A stretch of 64,000 nucleotides of DNA, from NCBI GenBank assembly GCA_964188305.1, contig OZ076885.1; one strand, written 5' to 3'. The DNA is from Podarcis bocagei (Eukaryota). The translations under genes and the position numbers were made by a program. This document shows positions 40,502 through 53,749 of the stretch, piece after piece. Under the pieces are notes generated by a model, which was not told the DNA's origin, searched no databases, and saw only the letters and a list, made by a program, of their open reading frames with translations. Numbering within the stretch: the stretch's first letter is position 1; each line of letters begins with the position of its first letter.

Positions 40502-40839
40502 TATACAGAACTTGTATATATTCCACTCCACTTTAGAGCAAACAGCAAGTTTCAGGAGGAGAGATTTAAACTAGGAAAATGGCAGGAAGGAATGAGCTTA
40601 AGTCCCTTCCTCCAGCTCAGTAGTCTTTATTTATAACCCACCAATTGTTTTAAGGTTTGAAATGGCACCTTCCAAAGATCTCATTCATAGATATTCCATG
40701 TCTGTCAAATCTTGTTAGTAAGGAGAGTCTTTAGCTCTCCAAATGTTGGACTTTGAACCAATGGCTGCACATGTACTAATTCTTACTGATAACACCAAGA
40801 ATTATTTTGCTAAGAATCACTAGGATTCTCCCTCACACC

Positions 40840-40842
<3 letters not shown>

Positions 40843-40918
<76 letters not shown>
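40843..40918. repeat. Compound (CT)n(CA)n microsatellite
   Basis: Directly visible. Confidence 0.98.
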
Positions 40919-40920
<2 letters not shown>

Positions 40921-41680
40921 TCTGAAATTTAGGCATTAGTTAATCCACAGCCATGATGTCACACAAGTCATATCAGGCTTCGTAATGTAGGGAGCCTCTC
41001 CACCATCCCTTTAGCGCTGCTGAGGCATTGCTTCTTTGAAGCTGACTTCAATATTAAACTCAACAGAGCAGTTTATTATCCAACAATCAATAGCAGTGCA
41101 TATCATGGGGTGGAACCATGTATTCACTCCCCTGACACCTGCATTGCTTCTCTTTATGTGGATGGGGCTGGTGCCACTATGTACACCGCATTCCTGTCAG
41201 GCATCTGTGGAGTCCTAACTGTGCCACTGTCTCCTATCCCAACCTGTCCAGGCAAGTGGCAGCAATGCCAGTCTTGGGAGGGCTACGCCATCCCACAACA
41301 CTTCCTGATATGGGTTATGAGCAATGCAGTGCATTCTAAGCCATTTTTCAGACCCTCATGTCCGCCCCTCCCTGTGTCACTCCGTAAATGTATGCACTAG
41401 TAAAGAACCACTAAGAAACAAAACATCAATGGGGAAATAGAACAATGCCATCCAGCTCCCTCCTGTTGTGATTCCAGCTGCCATCGAGTCAGCTGTTTGT
41501 AGGGAGAACTCTGCAGTAAGAGCAGCCATGTCCTGACCCAAGCCTTGCTTCCTGCACTGGTCCTAGATCAAATCTGGAGTAGGGGGATTTTTTTTCCTCC
41601 TTCAGAAAGGTTTCTTTCTGAACATCCAGAATCAGTGTCTAACAACAGCAACAACAATAGCAACAACAACAACAACATCA

Positions 41681-42285
41681 TATTATTTATACCCCGCCCA
41701 TATGGCTGGGTTTCCCCAGCCACTCTGGGCAGCTCCCAACAGATTAAAAACAGAATAAAACATCAAACATTAAAAACTTCCCTAAACAGGGTTGCCTTCA
41801 GATGTCTTCTAAAAGTCAGGTAGTTGTTTATTTCCTTGACATATGGTGGGAGGGCGTTCCACAGGGCAGGCATCACCACTGAGAAGGCTCTCCGCCTGGT
41901 TCCCTTTTACCTCCCATCTCGCAGTGAGGGATCCGCCCGAAGGCCCTCGAAGCTGGACCTCAGTGTCTGGGCAGAACAATGGGGGTGGAGATGCTCCTTC
42001 AGGTATAGTGGGCCGAGGCCATTAAGGGCTTTAAAGGTCATCACCAACACTCTGAATTATGCTCAGAAACGTACTGGGAGCCAGTGTAGGTCTTTCAGGA
42101 CCAGTTTTATGTGTTCTCAGCGGCCACACCAAATCACCAGTCTAGCTGCCACATTCTGGATTAGTTGTAGTTTCTGGGTCACCTTCAAAGGTAGCCCCAC
42201 ATAGAGCACACTGCAGTAGTCCAAGTGGGAGATTACTAGAGCATGCACCACTCTGGCGAGGCAGTCTGTGGGCAGGCAGGGTCTT
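41681..42285 (-). mobile_element. L2 LINE 3' fragment (young family)
   Basis: Reverse strand encodes YVGLPLKVTQKLQLIQNVAARLV-type and RAFSV-type L2 motifs, followed by the tail. Confidence 0.88.
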
Positions 42286-43310
42286 ATTTGTATCACAGAA
42301 ACTGTAAGTTAAAGAACTTGGTGCCTGAGCTTGTTTTTCTCCTCCTCCCTCCTCGTTTCTTTCTTATCGCATGCCATGCCTTTTAGATTATAAGCTTGAG
42401 GGCAGGTACTGCCTTACTACAATTTTTTTGTATGCTTCTCTGGCAGCCTTTGGGGCTGCAGAGCAGGTATAAATGCTTTAAAATTAGCTGCCACAGCATT
42501 TAAAACAATCTAAAGAAAATAGCATTAAAATTCATCATTCATTTTAGCATTAAAATTGCATATTCCTTGTATCTCAGACACTGCCTGTTTCCTGAGACTC
42601 GGTAATTTTTCATCTGTGTGTTGGTTGTAAACTCCACTATACCTAGAGGAAAGGTAGATGAACACCCACACAGTGCTCTGATACCACCCTGTATCTCCTT
42701 TTACAACTGATAGCTTGGCTGTTATTCTGAGGCTTGCAGTTGTGATCCGCAGGTTAATGGGGCTTCTCCAGAGTAGGTGCTTTGAGGCATGTAGCCTGGG
42801 GTATGTGTTAGTCTTTGCCTGTACTGCAGCATTCTAAATAAGGAAAGCCTTGCCTCTCTTTCTAATCCACAAAGCAACCTCTAAAATTAGAACTGACCCT
42901 CTTTCTCTTTAGAGGCACATAAAAGAACGCAATAGGCCAAGCATCGCCAAAATAAAAATAAAAACCAACTAGGCAGGGATGGCTGCTGTTGGCACTCAGC
43001 AGTTTCTGACGCAATTGCTTGAGTGGAATACAAGCAGCAGAGTGACATGCGGGGCTGCTTTGCAAAGTGTGGAGGCTGGAGACTTTGCAAGGCTCCCCAG
43101 CAGTCCTTGGATTCATTGGGGAAATAATTTGGCAACCGTTCCCTTTGAAAATGGAATTATTTATCACTGAACGAAACCAGGACTGCAATCCAACAAGCAG
43201 CATTCAAACTCACCTACCTTTCATATCATTACACCAGTCACTTCTGAATGATCTCTTCATTGAGCAGCAACCCAGATTTAGTTGCAGAAAGTTTTCGGGG
43301 AGGTTATACC

Positions 43311-43454
43311 CAGTAGCGTAGCATGGGTTGTCAGCACCCGGGGCAGGGCAAGGCAAGGCCCCCTAAACCATGGATTTGCGCCCCCTAACCCTAACCCCCA
43401 GATGTTGCGCCCGGTGCGGCCGGCCCCCCTTGCACCCCCCACGCTACGCCACTG
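43311..43454. mobile_element. hAT MITE (short form of the 22313 family)
   Basis: TIR CAGTAGCGTAGC / GCTACGCCACTG. TSD GTTATACC. Confidence 0.9.
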
Positions 43455-43462
43455 GTTATACC

Positions 43463-43790
43463 TGAAGGAGCGTCTCCACCCCCATTGTTCAGCCCGGACA
43501 CTGAGGTCCAGCTCCGAGGGCTTTCTGGTGGTTCCCTCACTGCAAGAAGTGAAGCTATGGGAAACCAGGTAGAGGGCCTTCTCGGTGGTGGCTCCTGCCC
43601 TGTAGAATGCCCTCCCATTAGATGTCAAGTAAATAAAAAGCTATCTTCTAAAAAAGACATCTGAAGGCAGCCCTGTTTAGGAAAGTTTGTGATGTTTGAT
43701 TCTATTTTTAATATTCTGTTGTGAGCTGCCCAGAGTAGCTGGGGAAACCCAGCAAGATGGGCGGGGTATAAATAATAAATTATTATTATA
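43463..43790 (+). mobile_element. L2 LINE 3' fragment
   Basis: YLKERLHPHCSARTLRSS...RAFSVVAP, then a 3' tail closely matching the 41681 copy. Confidence 0.88.
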
Positions 43791-44582
43791 GAAGACACCC
43801 ACTACGTACCAACCATTTTTTTGGATTTCTTTGTGGGCAGATTTCATGGCATGGCATCCGGCAATTGTAATCTCATTCTTTCCAGCACACCCTTTTCTCA
43901 CCATAAAAATTCTGATTTTTTAGAAGGTGAGGAGTAGGTCCGCTGTGCCAGAGCGCCAAATCCACTTTAATTGCACAACTGGAATCTGCTGGTGTACAAC
44001 TGAATCCCACCCACCAAACAGAGATAGTCTGGGAGTAGCCAGTTCTACACCCTAACCTCCCTGGAATCCGAGGATTCCACACTTAGTTGCTATGTTTTTA
44101 AAAAAATGTTTATAGTATTAATTTAGTTAGATATTTGTATGCCACTCTTCATCAACTGATCTAAGGGCAGTTTGAAATAATTTGAATGATAGCACAATAT
44201 GCCTGTCTCCTGTTTTTAGTGCTGCTTGTAGTTAGGGTTGGTTTTAGAGGTACAGAATCATAAAGGGACCCAAACGGTCATCTAGTCCCACCCACAACAA
44301 AGGCAGATTGTAGGGAGAGAGACTGGTTCAGTCTCACTGGGCACAGAGCTTCTAGGACACTGCAGCAGGTACCGCAACTCACTGGCAGAGGAAGAGGAGT
44401 GCGGGGGAAGCACACAGCCACCGGCAGTGCGATCCTGGTAGGCGCACCATGCCCCGGGGTGCATGACAACACTGCCCCCCCTGCTCTCTGCCCTCCAGTG
44501 CTGGAGCATGAAGCTCTGCCACTGCTGCAACTATGGCATCCAACGGAAAGTGAGAGGTGTGTGCCACTGAAATTTGAGATGG

Positions 44583-44885
44583 GAAGAAGAAGAAGAAGAA
44601 GAAGAAGAAGAAGAAGAAGAAGAAGAAGAAGAGGAGGAGGAGGAGGAGTTTGGATTTGATATCCCGCTTTCTCACTACCCTAAGGAGTCTCAAAGCAGCT
44701 AGCAATCTCCTTTTCCTTCCTCCCCTACAACAAACACTCTGTGAGGTGAGTGAGGCTGAGAGACTTCAAAGAAGTGTGACTAGCCCAAGGTCCCCCAGCA
44801 GCTGCATGTGGAGGAGCGGAGACGCGAACCTGGTTCACCAGATTACGAGTCCACCGCTCTTAACCACTACTCCACACTGGCTCCC
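44583..44885 (-). mobile_element. Squam2-type SINE with expanded (GAA)n(GGA)n tail
   Basis: Near-identical to the other two copies. Confidence 0.9.
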
Positions 44886-45008
44886 AAGCTTTGCCACTGC
44901 CCCCTGCAGTGCAGGAATCACAGCTAAAGAATCCCCTCATCCTCCATCCCCTTGTGCTTCCAATCCCCTGTCCTCCCCCAACTGGTACAACAGTGTAAAC
45001 AAGGCTAG

Positions 45009-45448
45009 TGTCAGGGATTGGACTGAGGAGGAATGGTAAAGACTGCCTCCCCCTCCTCCTCAATCTTCCTGAGAAGAGGAAGACAGTATATATTTACAAC
45101 AGTGGCTTGCAGAAGGTCATGGCTCAGAGATAGAAGAGGGACAAATCATGGAAGAAGAAGAGGAGGGAGGAGCAGAACTGGAGCAGCTGGCTGACATGTT
45201 GTTATTAGAAAGCATTCTAGACCCACCTTCGCCCAGAACCTGACGAGCAGTAAAAGTGGGTGATGCTGTTGCCGACTGAGAAGGGGGTGGGGAGAAGTTT
45301 ACTCGGAGCAACTCAATTACCCAAAGAGGCAATGTTTCTAAGCCTCTCTCTGTGAACATTGAATAAAAGACATTGGTAAGAACTTCTTGTATATCTTTAC
45401 TGGCAGCCTGCCATGAGGGGGAGGGATCAGATTCCCTGAAGCCTGACA
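45009..45448 (+). mobile_element. Solo LTR (Gypsy/ERV-like)
   Basis: TGTCAGG...CCTGACA inverted termini, 5-bp TSD GCTAG (45004-45008, 45449-45453), and AATAAA at 45362. Confidence 0.85.
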
Positions 45449-45488
45449 GCTAGTAGCAAAATATATTATTCTTATTCTTATTCGTCTT

Positions 45489-45520
<32 letters not shown>

Positions 45521-46212
45521 TTTCCATACCGCTTTAGATTTTTAAGAAGAAATATCAATGCGGTTTACTACACATTAAAACATAAATAAAACAACCCGGA
45601 ATAAATCATTATTGAAGAAAGTCTCATATAAAGAATACATTCAAAGTAACATATTAACAGGAAACTAAAATATTATCTTAACGATTTCAAAATAAAACAT
45701 TACTGCAGAATGCACATTTAATGCAGCAAAGTTAACATTTAAAAAAATATATTTCCAAAGAAAACATTGCTAAAGGAAGTCAAGTATAAAATGCACTTTT
45801 AAAACAGCATGCTAACATTCCCACACCTCCTCGTCCTCCTTTCCTGTAAACAGCAGTGACTTAACCGTCAGGAGGTCAAGTAACCTCCAACCAACCCATC
45901 CACCATGTTGAGAGAAAACAAACAAGGAGAAGGAATGAAAGATGCAAATCATCAGATATTATTATTATTATTTACTTCAATTAAAAGTTCTTTGAAGTAA
46001 AAAGCTTTCCATTTACCACCTAAAACCCAGCAAGGAAGGTGCCACCACAGAGAAGTTCCTACAGCTTGTGACTATGCACCGTACTTCAGAAAAGAACCCC
46101 CCTTTTATTTTAACATACTTTTGAAAGAAACCAGATATTTGAATCCTCCTGGGCATAATTTTTTTAAAAAGTGCAATCTGCTTTTAAAAAGTTAACTGTA
46201 CAATATTATGAA

Positions 46213-46430
46213 CAGTGGTGCCTCGGGTTAAGTACTTAATTTGTTCTGGAGGTCTGTTCTTAACCTGAAACTGTTCTTAACCTGAAGCACCACTTTAGCT
46301 AATGGGGCCTCCCACTGCCACCGGAGCACGATTTCTGTTCTCATCCTGAAGCAAAGTTCTTAACCCAAGGTACTATTTCTGGGTTAGCGGAGTCTGTAAC
46401 CTGAAGCATCTGCAACCTGAGGTACCACTG
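46213..46430. mobile_element. Tc1/pogo-type MITE
   Basis: CAGTGGTGCCTCGGGTT ... AACCTGAGGTACCACTG|TA. Confidence 0.88.
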
Positions 46431-47350
46431 TATCCCTAATGCAAAACACTCTTACATATGGTACTGAAATAAATAAATATGTCTCTGGGTAAGTTGTGTG
46501 AAATGCTTTTAGGAGACCAGGCACCTGAGCTGAAAATACTGCCTAAGCTTTTGTGCCCAATTAGGCAAAAGTAAAAATGATTTCTCTCAAACACTTTGCA
46601 AGAGAGCTGGTGCATTTGCATGCCCTATTTGCATGTTGTTTACTAGCTTTCTTGCAAACTAGCTTTAGCCAGAAACCTGTCTTTAATGACCTCGTCATTT
46701 CTATTTGATATATTTTTTAAACAACAACAACAACATTTGTTTGGCATTAGGTGGTAAAGGAAATTAAATTTGAAAAGATGGAATTTCCCAAATGATGGAA
46801 ACAAAGGCATCCTACAACCAGCAAGGCTTTGTTCTGAACCTGCCACATTTTCTCTTAGTTGCTGCTTCTAGGCATTCCCTGCAGCATCTGCCCAGCGACA
46901 CAGGTGAAGCTGCCCTATGGAAGCAGCATACCTGTCTACTATCCAGTTCACTGTGGTCTATGCTGTAATGTCAGCAGCATGCATTGCACATATAAAAACA
47001 GTTAAAACAATTACATATTTAAAAACAATATCCACTCCAATACAGATACCAGCTGGGATAAAAATCTTTACTTAGAAATCTTCATGAAAGAAGAGCATCT
47101 TTGGCAGATTCCCAAAACATGACAGAGACAGCGCCTGGCTGATATTTAATGGGAAGGAGTCCAAACAGATAGGTGCCACCGACTAAAAACCAAATTCCTA
47201 CATCATACAAGAACAGACCTTCTGATAAGATGCCCTCTGCTCCATAGCTCTATTAGGTTTATAAGGGATGCAATTATCTTTCAAGTATCCTGGTCCCAGA
47301 TGGCTTTATGTACCAGTATGGGCATGTTGAACGTAGCCTAGGGGCTAAAT

Positions 47351-47486
47351 CAGGCATAGGCAAACTCGGCCCTCCAGATGTTTTGGGACTACAACTCCCA
47401 TCAACCCTGACCACTGGTCCTGTTAGCTAGGGGTGATGGGAGTTGTAGTCCCAAAACATCTGGAGGGCCGAGTTTGCCTATGCCTG
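47351..47486. mobile_element. Near-perfect palindromic hAT MITE
   Basis: Inverted arms of ~53 bp. TSD GGCTAAAT. Confidence 0.95.
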
Positions 47487-47834
47487 GGCTAAATTGACAG
47501 CCAATTATTTAGCCCAAGCTTTTGAAAATTGCTTTATCAACAACCAGGGACAACGTCACTATGAAGTGACATGAAGCTGTTTATTTAGGTAGCTTTGGGG
47601 GGTGAGGGTCCGCTTAATGCAACAGCACACAGAAGGTCCTAGATCTCCACCTAAAAGCTCACAGTGGAACTAGGGTATGCTTCTGCCTGAGACACTTAAG
47701 AGCTGCTGACTCGTATGTGACAGCTTCAAATGCTCATTTTTCTGCCTTCATCCATATCTTTGCAGAGGAGCTAAAAAGCTGCACAGTTTTCTGAACCTGG
47801 GTCTCCTGGGTCCAAAAATGGCATTCATTTCTGT

Positions 47835-47947
47835 CATGGGCGTACCCAGGAGGGGGCATACTCCCAAATCAAGTAAATCAATATAAAATACTTAACTAAC
47901 TGAGATTCTGCACACACGCCCCAACAAATATCCTGGTTATGCCCATG
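47835..47947. mobile_element. hAT MITE
   Basis: TIR CATGGGCGTACCCAGG / CCTGGTTATGCCCATG. TSD ATTTCTGT. Confidence 0.88.
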
Positions 47948-49534
47948 ATTTCTGTTCACAACAGTTCACAGGCATATAGATATACACCAGCATTCTCAGG
48001 AATATCTACAAGAGAGAAGATTGTCATATTTTCCTACCATCGCTTTCTGCTTCCTCTTGCTCCTGTTTTTATTCTCTTACATGTTCATGGGGTCATGTTT
48101 CCACACACTTAAAAATATTGAATTGGGGTCTTCCTTCACCTACCCTCAAATTTATGGAAATACAACAGGCATAACATGTTATCTTACTATAGGCAAGATT
48201 GTGGGCAATTGGAGCTTTCAAAGTAAGAAGGTCTTGAGCACTTCTCTTGAAAAGACACACTTTAAATTGTAATCACATACAATCCAGACCATAATAACTC
48301 CATCTTTTATTTCCACACAATTGCAGCCTCGGTCATTTATTGGTATCAAAGACCCGTGCAGGGGTTGATGCTGCTGCTGTCGTTTCCATGCGAAAGACTC
48401 CTCAGATTGGCCTTGCCTTACTTTTGGGCATAGAACTTCAGTTTCCAAGAAGTCAAAAATGTTTTGAGTATTGGTACAAAGAAGCCACATGAGGGAGCAT
48501 TTGAAGAAATGAAGTGCACTTGTTTCATCAGTGTAACTGAGAAAGAACCAAATTACCACTGAAGCCAGGATTTAAGCATATCTAAAAAGGGTCACCTATT
48601 TAACAACTTTTGTTCAGTTTATGCACAACTTCAAAAGTGACATATATGCAGGACTCTCCTAAGTCACTGTTGCCAGTTCTATGATTTGAGGGTAAGTCTT
48701 TATATTAGGGCTGGGCAAAAGGTAGCTTGAAATTTGACATCCTTCCGCCAGGCCTTTGGTCAGGGTTCAGTCTGACTCATTTTCTCTTTGTATAAGAACA
48801 AGCACGAAGGAGGTTTCCCAGGCCACTCACAGGCCCTTATAATATCAGTGGGAGCAGTTGGTCCTGGCGAGTATTAGCCGCTTTCAATTTTAACCTGAGG
48901 ATTGTCATTTGTCCAGTTTTAATTTTAATTTATTTGAATTAATTTTGGGATGCATTTTAATCGATTGATTGCTTGTTTTTTAATGCATATTGTATTATTT
49001 ATATGATGTTAGCTGCTCTGAGCCCGGCTTCGGCCGGGGAGGGTGGGGTACAAATAAAAAATCATCATCGTCATTATTATTATTATATCTCTGGGTGGTT
49101 GCAAAAATTTCTAATCCCAACGATTTAACAATGGCAAAAGGTGGGTCCTTCCTCCTTTGAACTGGGGTCATGAAACATGGACAACTTTGATGTAACCAGG
49201 AGTGAACTTTTGCTTCCAATGACTGTGAACTCGGTTTAGTTCTGGTACTGGCTGGGAAACCTAGGCTCAGAATATACCCAGGGGCACCCTGTCCTGTCTA
49301 TTTCTAACTGCTACACCTTTTTCAACTGGCTTTGCTTAATATATTATTTATTTGTTTGTTTGTTACATTTCTTTCATAAAGTTTATATACCTCTTGACTG
49401 TAGGGGAAAAGAAACCTCAAAGTGGTTTACAAAAAGCTAAAAATAAAATTATCAAGAAAAAATGTACAACAATCGTTTAAAACATGCAAAAAAAATTTAA
49501 AAGCTAAAACAGGTTGAAATCCACAACAACTTTC

Positions 49535-51688
49535 AGACTTCCGGGTTAGCGCCTCCGGCAATGGCGGATTTCCTCTGATCGGGAGGAATCCGCTCCGTGG
49601 AAATCAGGGTCTGGACCGCCACGGCGAGGCGGAGACCCACTAAAAACCACAGGCGGGAGAAGCCTGTGGACGTGGGATTCGGCTGGTACCTTTTGCACCT
49701 CCCCTACTCATGGGGAAACCCGGTTTCGGGGATCCGGAGCGACGTGGGGTGAGCGGCGCGGTGCTTCGAATCGACTGCTTCTTTCACGGAGTGAAGCCGC
49801 ATTGCTGTTGCCGGAGAGCGCTGACTTTTTCCTGTGGACAATTGGACTTTAAACAACTACCCGTGAGTAGAACGGAAAATTGGATCTTTAAACATCTTAA
49901 TTTGGCACCGAAATGGGAAGGTTTCAAACAGGAAGTCCGCCTTCCTCTTTTGTAAATAGATTGAAGCAAAGGCGCTGCAAGCTAAAGTCTTGGAAAGCCT
50001 CTTCTAAAGGATTAAATTTCCATCAGTTAAAACTACTAAACCCCCCTTGGAAGCAGGAGAAGAAGGGGGAAATTTTAGATTGCCTAAGCCTGCAGGAGAG
50101 AGAGTGAAGAAAGATAAATTGCCACCGTTTTGAACCTGGGAACGGGCTGCCAGTAAGATCGATGTTTTGGGAAAGTTCATTGACTGTGAATAAAACGCAT
50201 GTTGACGGACAGTTAAATAAGAGAAATCTATTGTTTCCATTGTTTCCTTTTGCACTTAAAAAGGAGCAAAAGGAGCTGAAAATTGAAACTAATTTTGTTG
50301 CTGGATCTGCGTTTAAAAGGACGGATACAAATAGAAATTGTTTCCTCTAGAGGGAGCTTTTGAAACTGTTGCAGGAGTGGAGCTGGGGAATTTTCCAGCT
50401 GCAGAGATTAAAGACCGTGAGAATCAGAGATTGACCTTGGACAAGAATGTCAACAGAAGAAGCCTTAGTGATTGCATTTTGCAAGATAAGTGCTTTATTG
50501 GAACAGCTTCATGAGAAGACGGATGTGATGACTACTAAAATTGATAATTTGGGACAAAAAATGACTGATTTGGGACAAAAAGTGAATACCTATACAGAAA
50601 CTACTCAGGAATTGATTCAGGAATCCACTCTGACATGGCAAGTTGTGGAGAAGACGAGGGAGAAAGCTGTTGTTGAACCTCAAGTAATACAAGTGGAGAG
50701 AGCCCCAGCCGTTCAGAGGCAATTTGATGAATATAAGCTGTTGCCTTCTACGATTGAATTTAGAGAAAGCCAGATTTGGAGGGATGGAGTCCCGCTTGGA
50801 TTGGAGAAGGAAAGTTGGATAGATCCCCTTATACAGGGATGCTCTGGCTTTTGGGATCTGGATTTGGGTCAGGGGAGATTGGAGTTGTGGGGGCCTTTAG
50901 CTTCGGAGGGATTTTGAAACACGCTCTGAAATATCTTATGGACTTTAGTTTTGACTATGGAGAATGGGCTGACCTGTCGAGAAGGAATAAAGACATTGTT
51001 AGGTTGGAGTTTCCCTGAGATCTACTCCTCAGCGCCAAAGGAAGGAAATTAAGAACAAGATCAGCAGAAGATAAAGTTAAGTGCATGTATAAATATGAAG
51101 AAGATCTGCAGAAGGGACATGGAAAAGAGTTAAGAGCCTCGGACAGAAGATCACCAGGACCATATGGAATTGATAGAAAGGACTGACAGAATCCGAGACC
51201 AGGGAGAAGAGACGGTGAAAGAAGATTGGAAAAAAGTTTAAAATTTATTTAGAGAAAAATTGTAAAATTAATGAGTGTTAGAAAAATGTTGGAATGAAAT
51301 TATATGGCTTTAGTAGAAACGTTATAAGGAGTTAAGTTCAAATACGTTTTAGGGTTTTAATGGTAAGATAAGGTTAAAATAAATCAAGACAATTAAATGA
51401 CAGAAAACAGTGAAAGATGGAAAGGATTTGCTGAAATAATTAAGAACTAGAATACAAAAAAGGGAGGTGTGAGGAGGTCGATGAAACAAGTTAATGAAAG
51501 ACAAAGATATGGAAATATTGGATGTGTTTTTTAATTGTTTTTGATTTGTTTTTGTTTTGATGTATTGTGTCTTTTGTTTTTTTTAATGTATTGTAATGTA
51601 TTGATTTGTATTGTTTACTTTTTCTCTTTTTTTACTTCTTTCTGTAATCTTTAAATTTTTAATAAATATTTTTTTAAAAAAAACAACA
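49535..51688 (+). mobile_element. Complete non-autonomous L1 derivative (HAL1-like), 2.15 kb
   Basis: 19-bp TSD GAAATCCACAACAACTTTC, CpG-rich 5' UTR, ORF1-like coiled-coil ORF, ORF2 C-terminal remnant, AATAAA at 51661 and A tail. Nested in an older L2 remnant. Confidence 0.85.
50447..50917 (+). CDS. L1 ORF1-like coiled-coil ORF (156 aa) inside the HAL1-like element
   Basis: ATG-initiated. Heptad repeats KIDNLGQKMTDLGQKVNTY. Lies after the 5' UTR. Confidence 0.5.
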   Translation: MSTEEALVIAFCKISALLEQLHEKTDVMTTKIDNLGQKMTDLGQKVNTYTETTQELIQESTLTWQVVEKTREKAVVEPQVIQVERAPAVQRQFDEYKLLPSTIEFRESQIWRDGVPLGLEKESWIDPLIQGCSGFWDLDLGQGRLELWGPLASEGF

Positions 51689-52801
51689 GAAATCCACAAC
51701 AACTTTCTAAGCATCTGGGTAGACTTTTCTAAACAAGAATGTTTTTAGCAGGCACTGAAAAGAATTCAGAGAATGTACCTGCTTCATATCAATTGGCAGG
51801 GAGTTCCAAAGTTCAGGTGCTGCCACACTTAATGATCAAGTTCGTACAAATGCAGGAAGTGTTTTATGTGTCATGGCCATTATACTGGGTTCGTGTAAAG
51901 AACAAATCCTGAAACTTGCCTGCTGTGTTTCACACAATGCAACACTGATCATTCATAAATCTACATCAGTGGCATGCAACACTCTGTCTTGCAGGTACCT
52001 CATATTTAAGATCTGCATTCTCTACTTACATTTTTCATCAAACTCTAATTATAAGTATCACACTGAAGCAGCCATAGAAGTGGAGAGGCATTGAACTGCT
52101 ATCAATTTGACTGAGGTTAGTTTATTTTTCATTATAGGTAATCACCTGATCATTTTGATTAAAATGAAGCAAGTCAGAGAGACTAATGTTTGCCATTAAT
52201 TCCCTCTCCGGAGAACTATTCTTTCCAGCTCCTCTGAGTTGGACTTAAAAGGCAAATGGTATTATAAGTGTTAATTTCAAAGTGAATTATTCAAGAAGTG
52301 CTCTGTGTCAGCAAGCTTCATTTTGTGGAACTATATTTATGTCTTCCTTAAATACAGTTCACCCATTCCACGATCTTTTATAGATCCAGGAAGTGTGTCG
52401 GCTGTGAAGAAGTGCTTATGGTAAAAGGAAGTTTTGGCAGTTCGGTTCAATTAATGTGAAAGGCAGGATGTAGCCTTGTTTCAGGAATATCTTAGTAGCA
52501 ACAATACGTGAGGGGTCTTGATTCTGCAAACTTGCCGCTATTGTGTAGTTTCCACAGTTCCTAAGCCCAGAAGCAGCTCGCCAGGTGGAGGAGAGCTACT
52601 CTGCCAGGCAGATTGGTTGCTGTCTCCTATTGGGAGTGGGAGAGCGAGGGACAATATGGCGGCAGGTCAGTTTGGTACAAGCGCACCAGAGGTAAATTTC
52701 CAATGACCTTCTCACCACCTCAAGCCTTCCAGAAAGCAACAGTGACCCACCTGCTGCAAAGGTAGCATAGTTGCTCTGCCCCACCCAGCTTCTGCCTAAG
52801 A

Positions 52802-53123
52802 CAGTGGTCAGCAACCTTTTTCAGCCATGGACTGGTCCACCGTCCCTCAGACCATGTGGTGGGCCAGACTATATTTTGAAAAAAAAATATGAATGAATTC
52901 CTATGCCCCACAAATAACCCAGAGATGCATTTTAAATAAAAGCACACATTCTGCTCATGTAAAAACACCAGGCAGGCCCCACAAATAACCCAGAGATGCA
53001 TTTTAAATAAAAGCACACATTCTACTCATGTAAAAACACGCTGATTCCCGGACCATCTGCGGGCCGGATTGAGAAGGTGATTGGGCCACATCTGGCCCCT
53101 GGGCCTTAGGTTGCCTATCCCTG
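52802..53123. mobile_element. hAT (Charlie/Buster-like) MITE with internal ~64-bp duplication
   Basis: CAGTGGTCAGCAACCT / AGGTTGCCTATCCCTG termini. TSD GCCTAAGA/GCCTAAGG. Repeats at 52905-52968 and 52976-53039. Confidence 0.88.
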
Positions 53124-53749
53124 GCCTAAGGCATGAGTATGGATTGTGAGATTGGGGGGTTGCAACCAACAAGGGAAGAATCGATAGCCACGGTTCCTTC
53201 TCTTCCCAGAAATGCTTGTGCTGGTGGAGCATTCTCCACAGCATTGCACAGAATTGCTCTCTTTGTCTTTAGAGAATGCACACCTTCATCCTAGCAAATT
53301 TGTGCAAATTTCCTCAACATGTTAAATGTTCAATCAATAGGTGAACACAGGGCTGGCAAAAGTTGGGGAAGCAACAATGTATTTTTTCCAAGCACCACCA
53401 TCACCATTATTTTGACTACATTTAAATTACCCACCCTTCAACCTAAGGTCCCAGGGCAGGTCACAACAGTCAAGACTTGAATTGTAAATGGATTGCCTTT
53501 GTACAGTACTTGCTTTATTTCATTTTGGAATAATGAAATATTCTCTAGATGGGAGCACAAAGCACTTTCTTATGCTGCATGCCATATACACAGGAATATA
53601 AAATAGCACTGCAATCTAGTTTCTGCACAAATCCACACATTTGTAGCTGGGGTTTTGTTTTTTGCCCTGGGTGAAACCTCCAGGGGGTTGCAATTGAGGC
53701 TCCTAGTCTGTGTGCGCGCGTGAGTGTACACAAATGCACATGGGGTGTA

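Noticed and set aside
48327-48432. Ig/TCR V-like peptide VIYWYQRPVQGLMLLL
   Set aside because: No upstream conserved Cys, an early stop, and no YxC motif or RSS. Probably chance.
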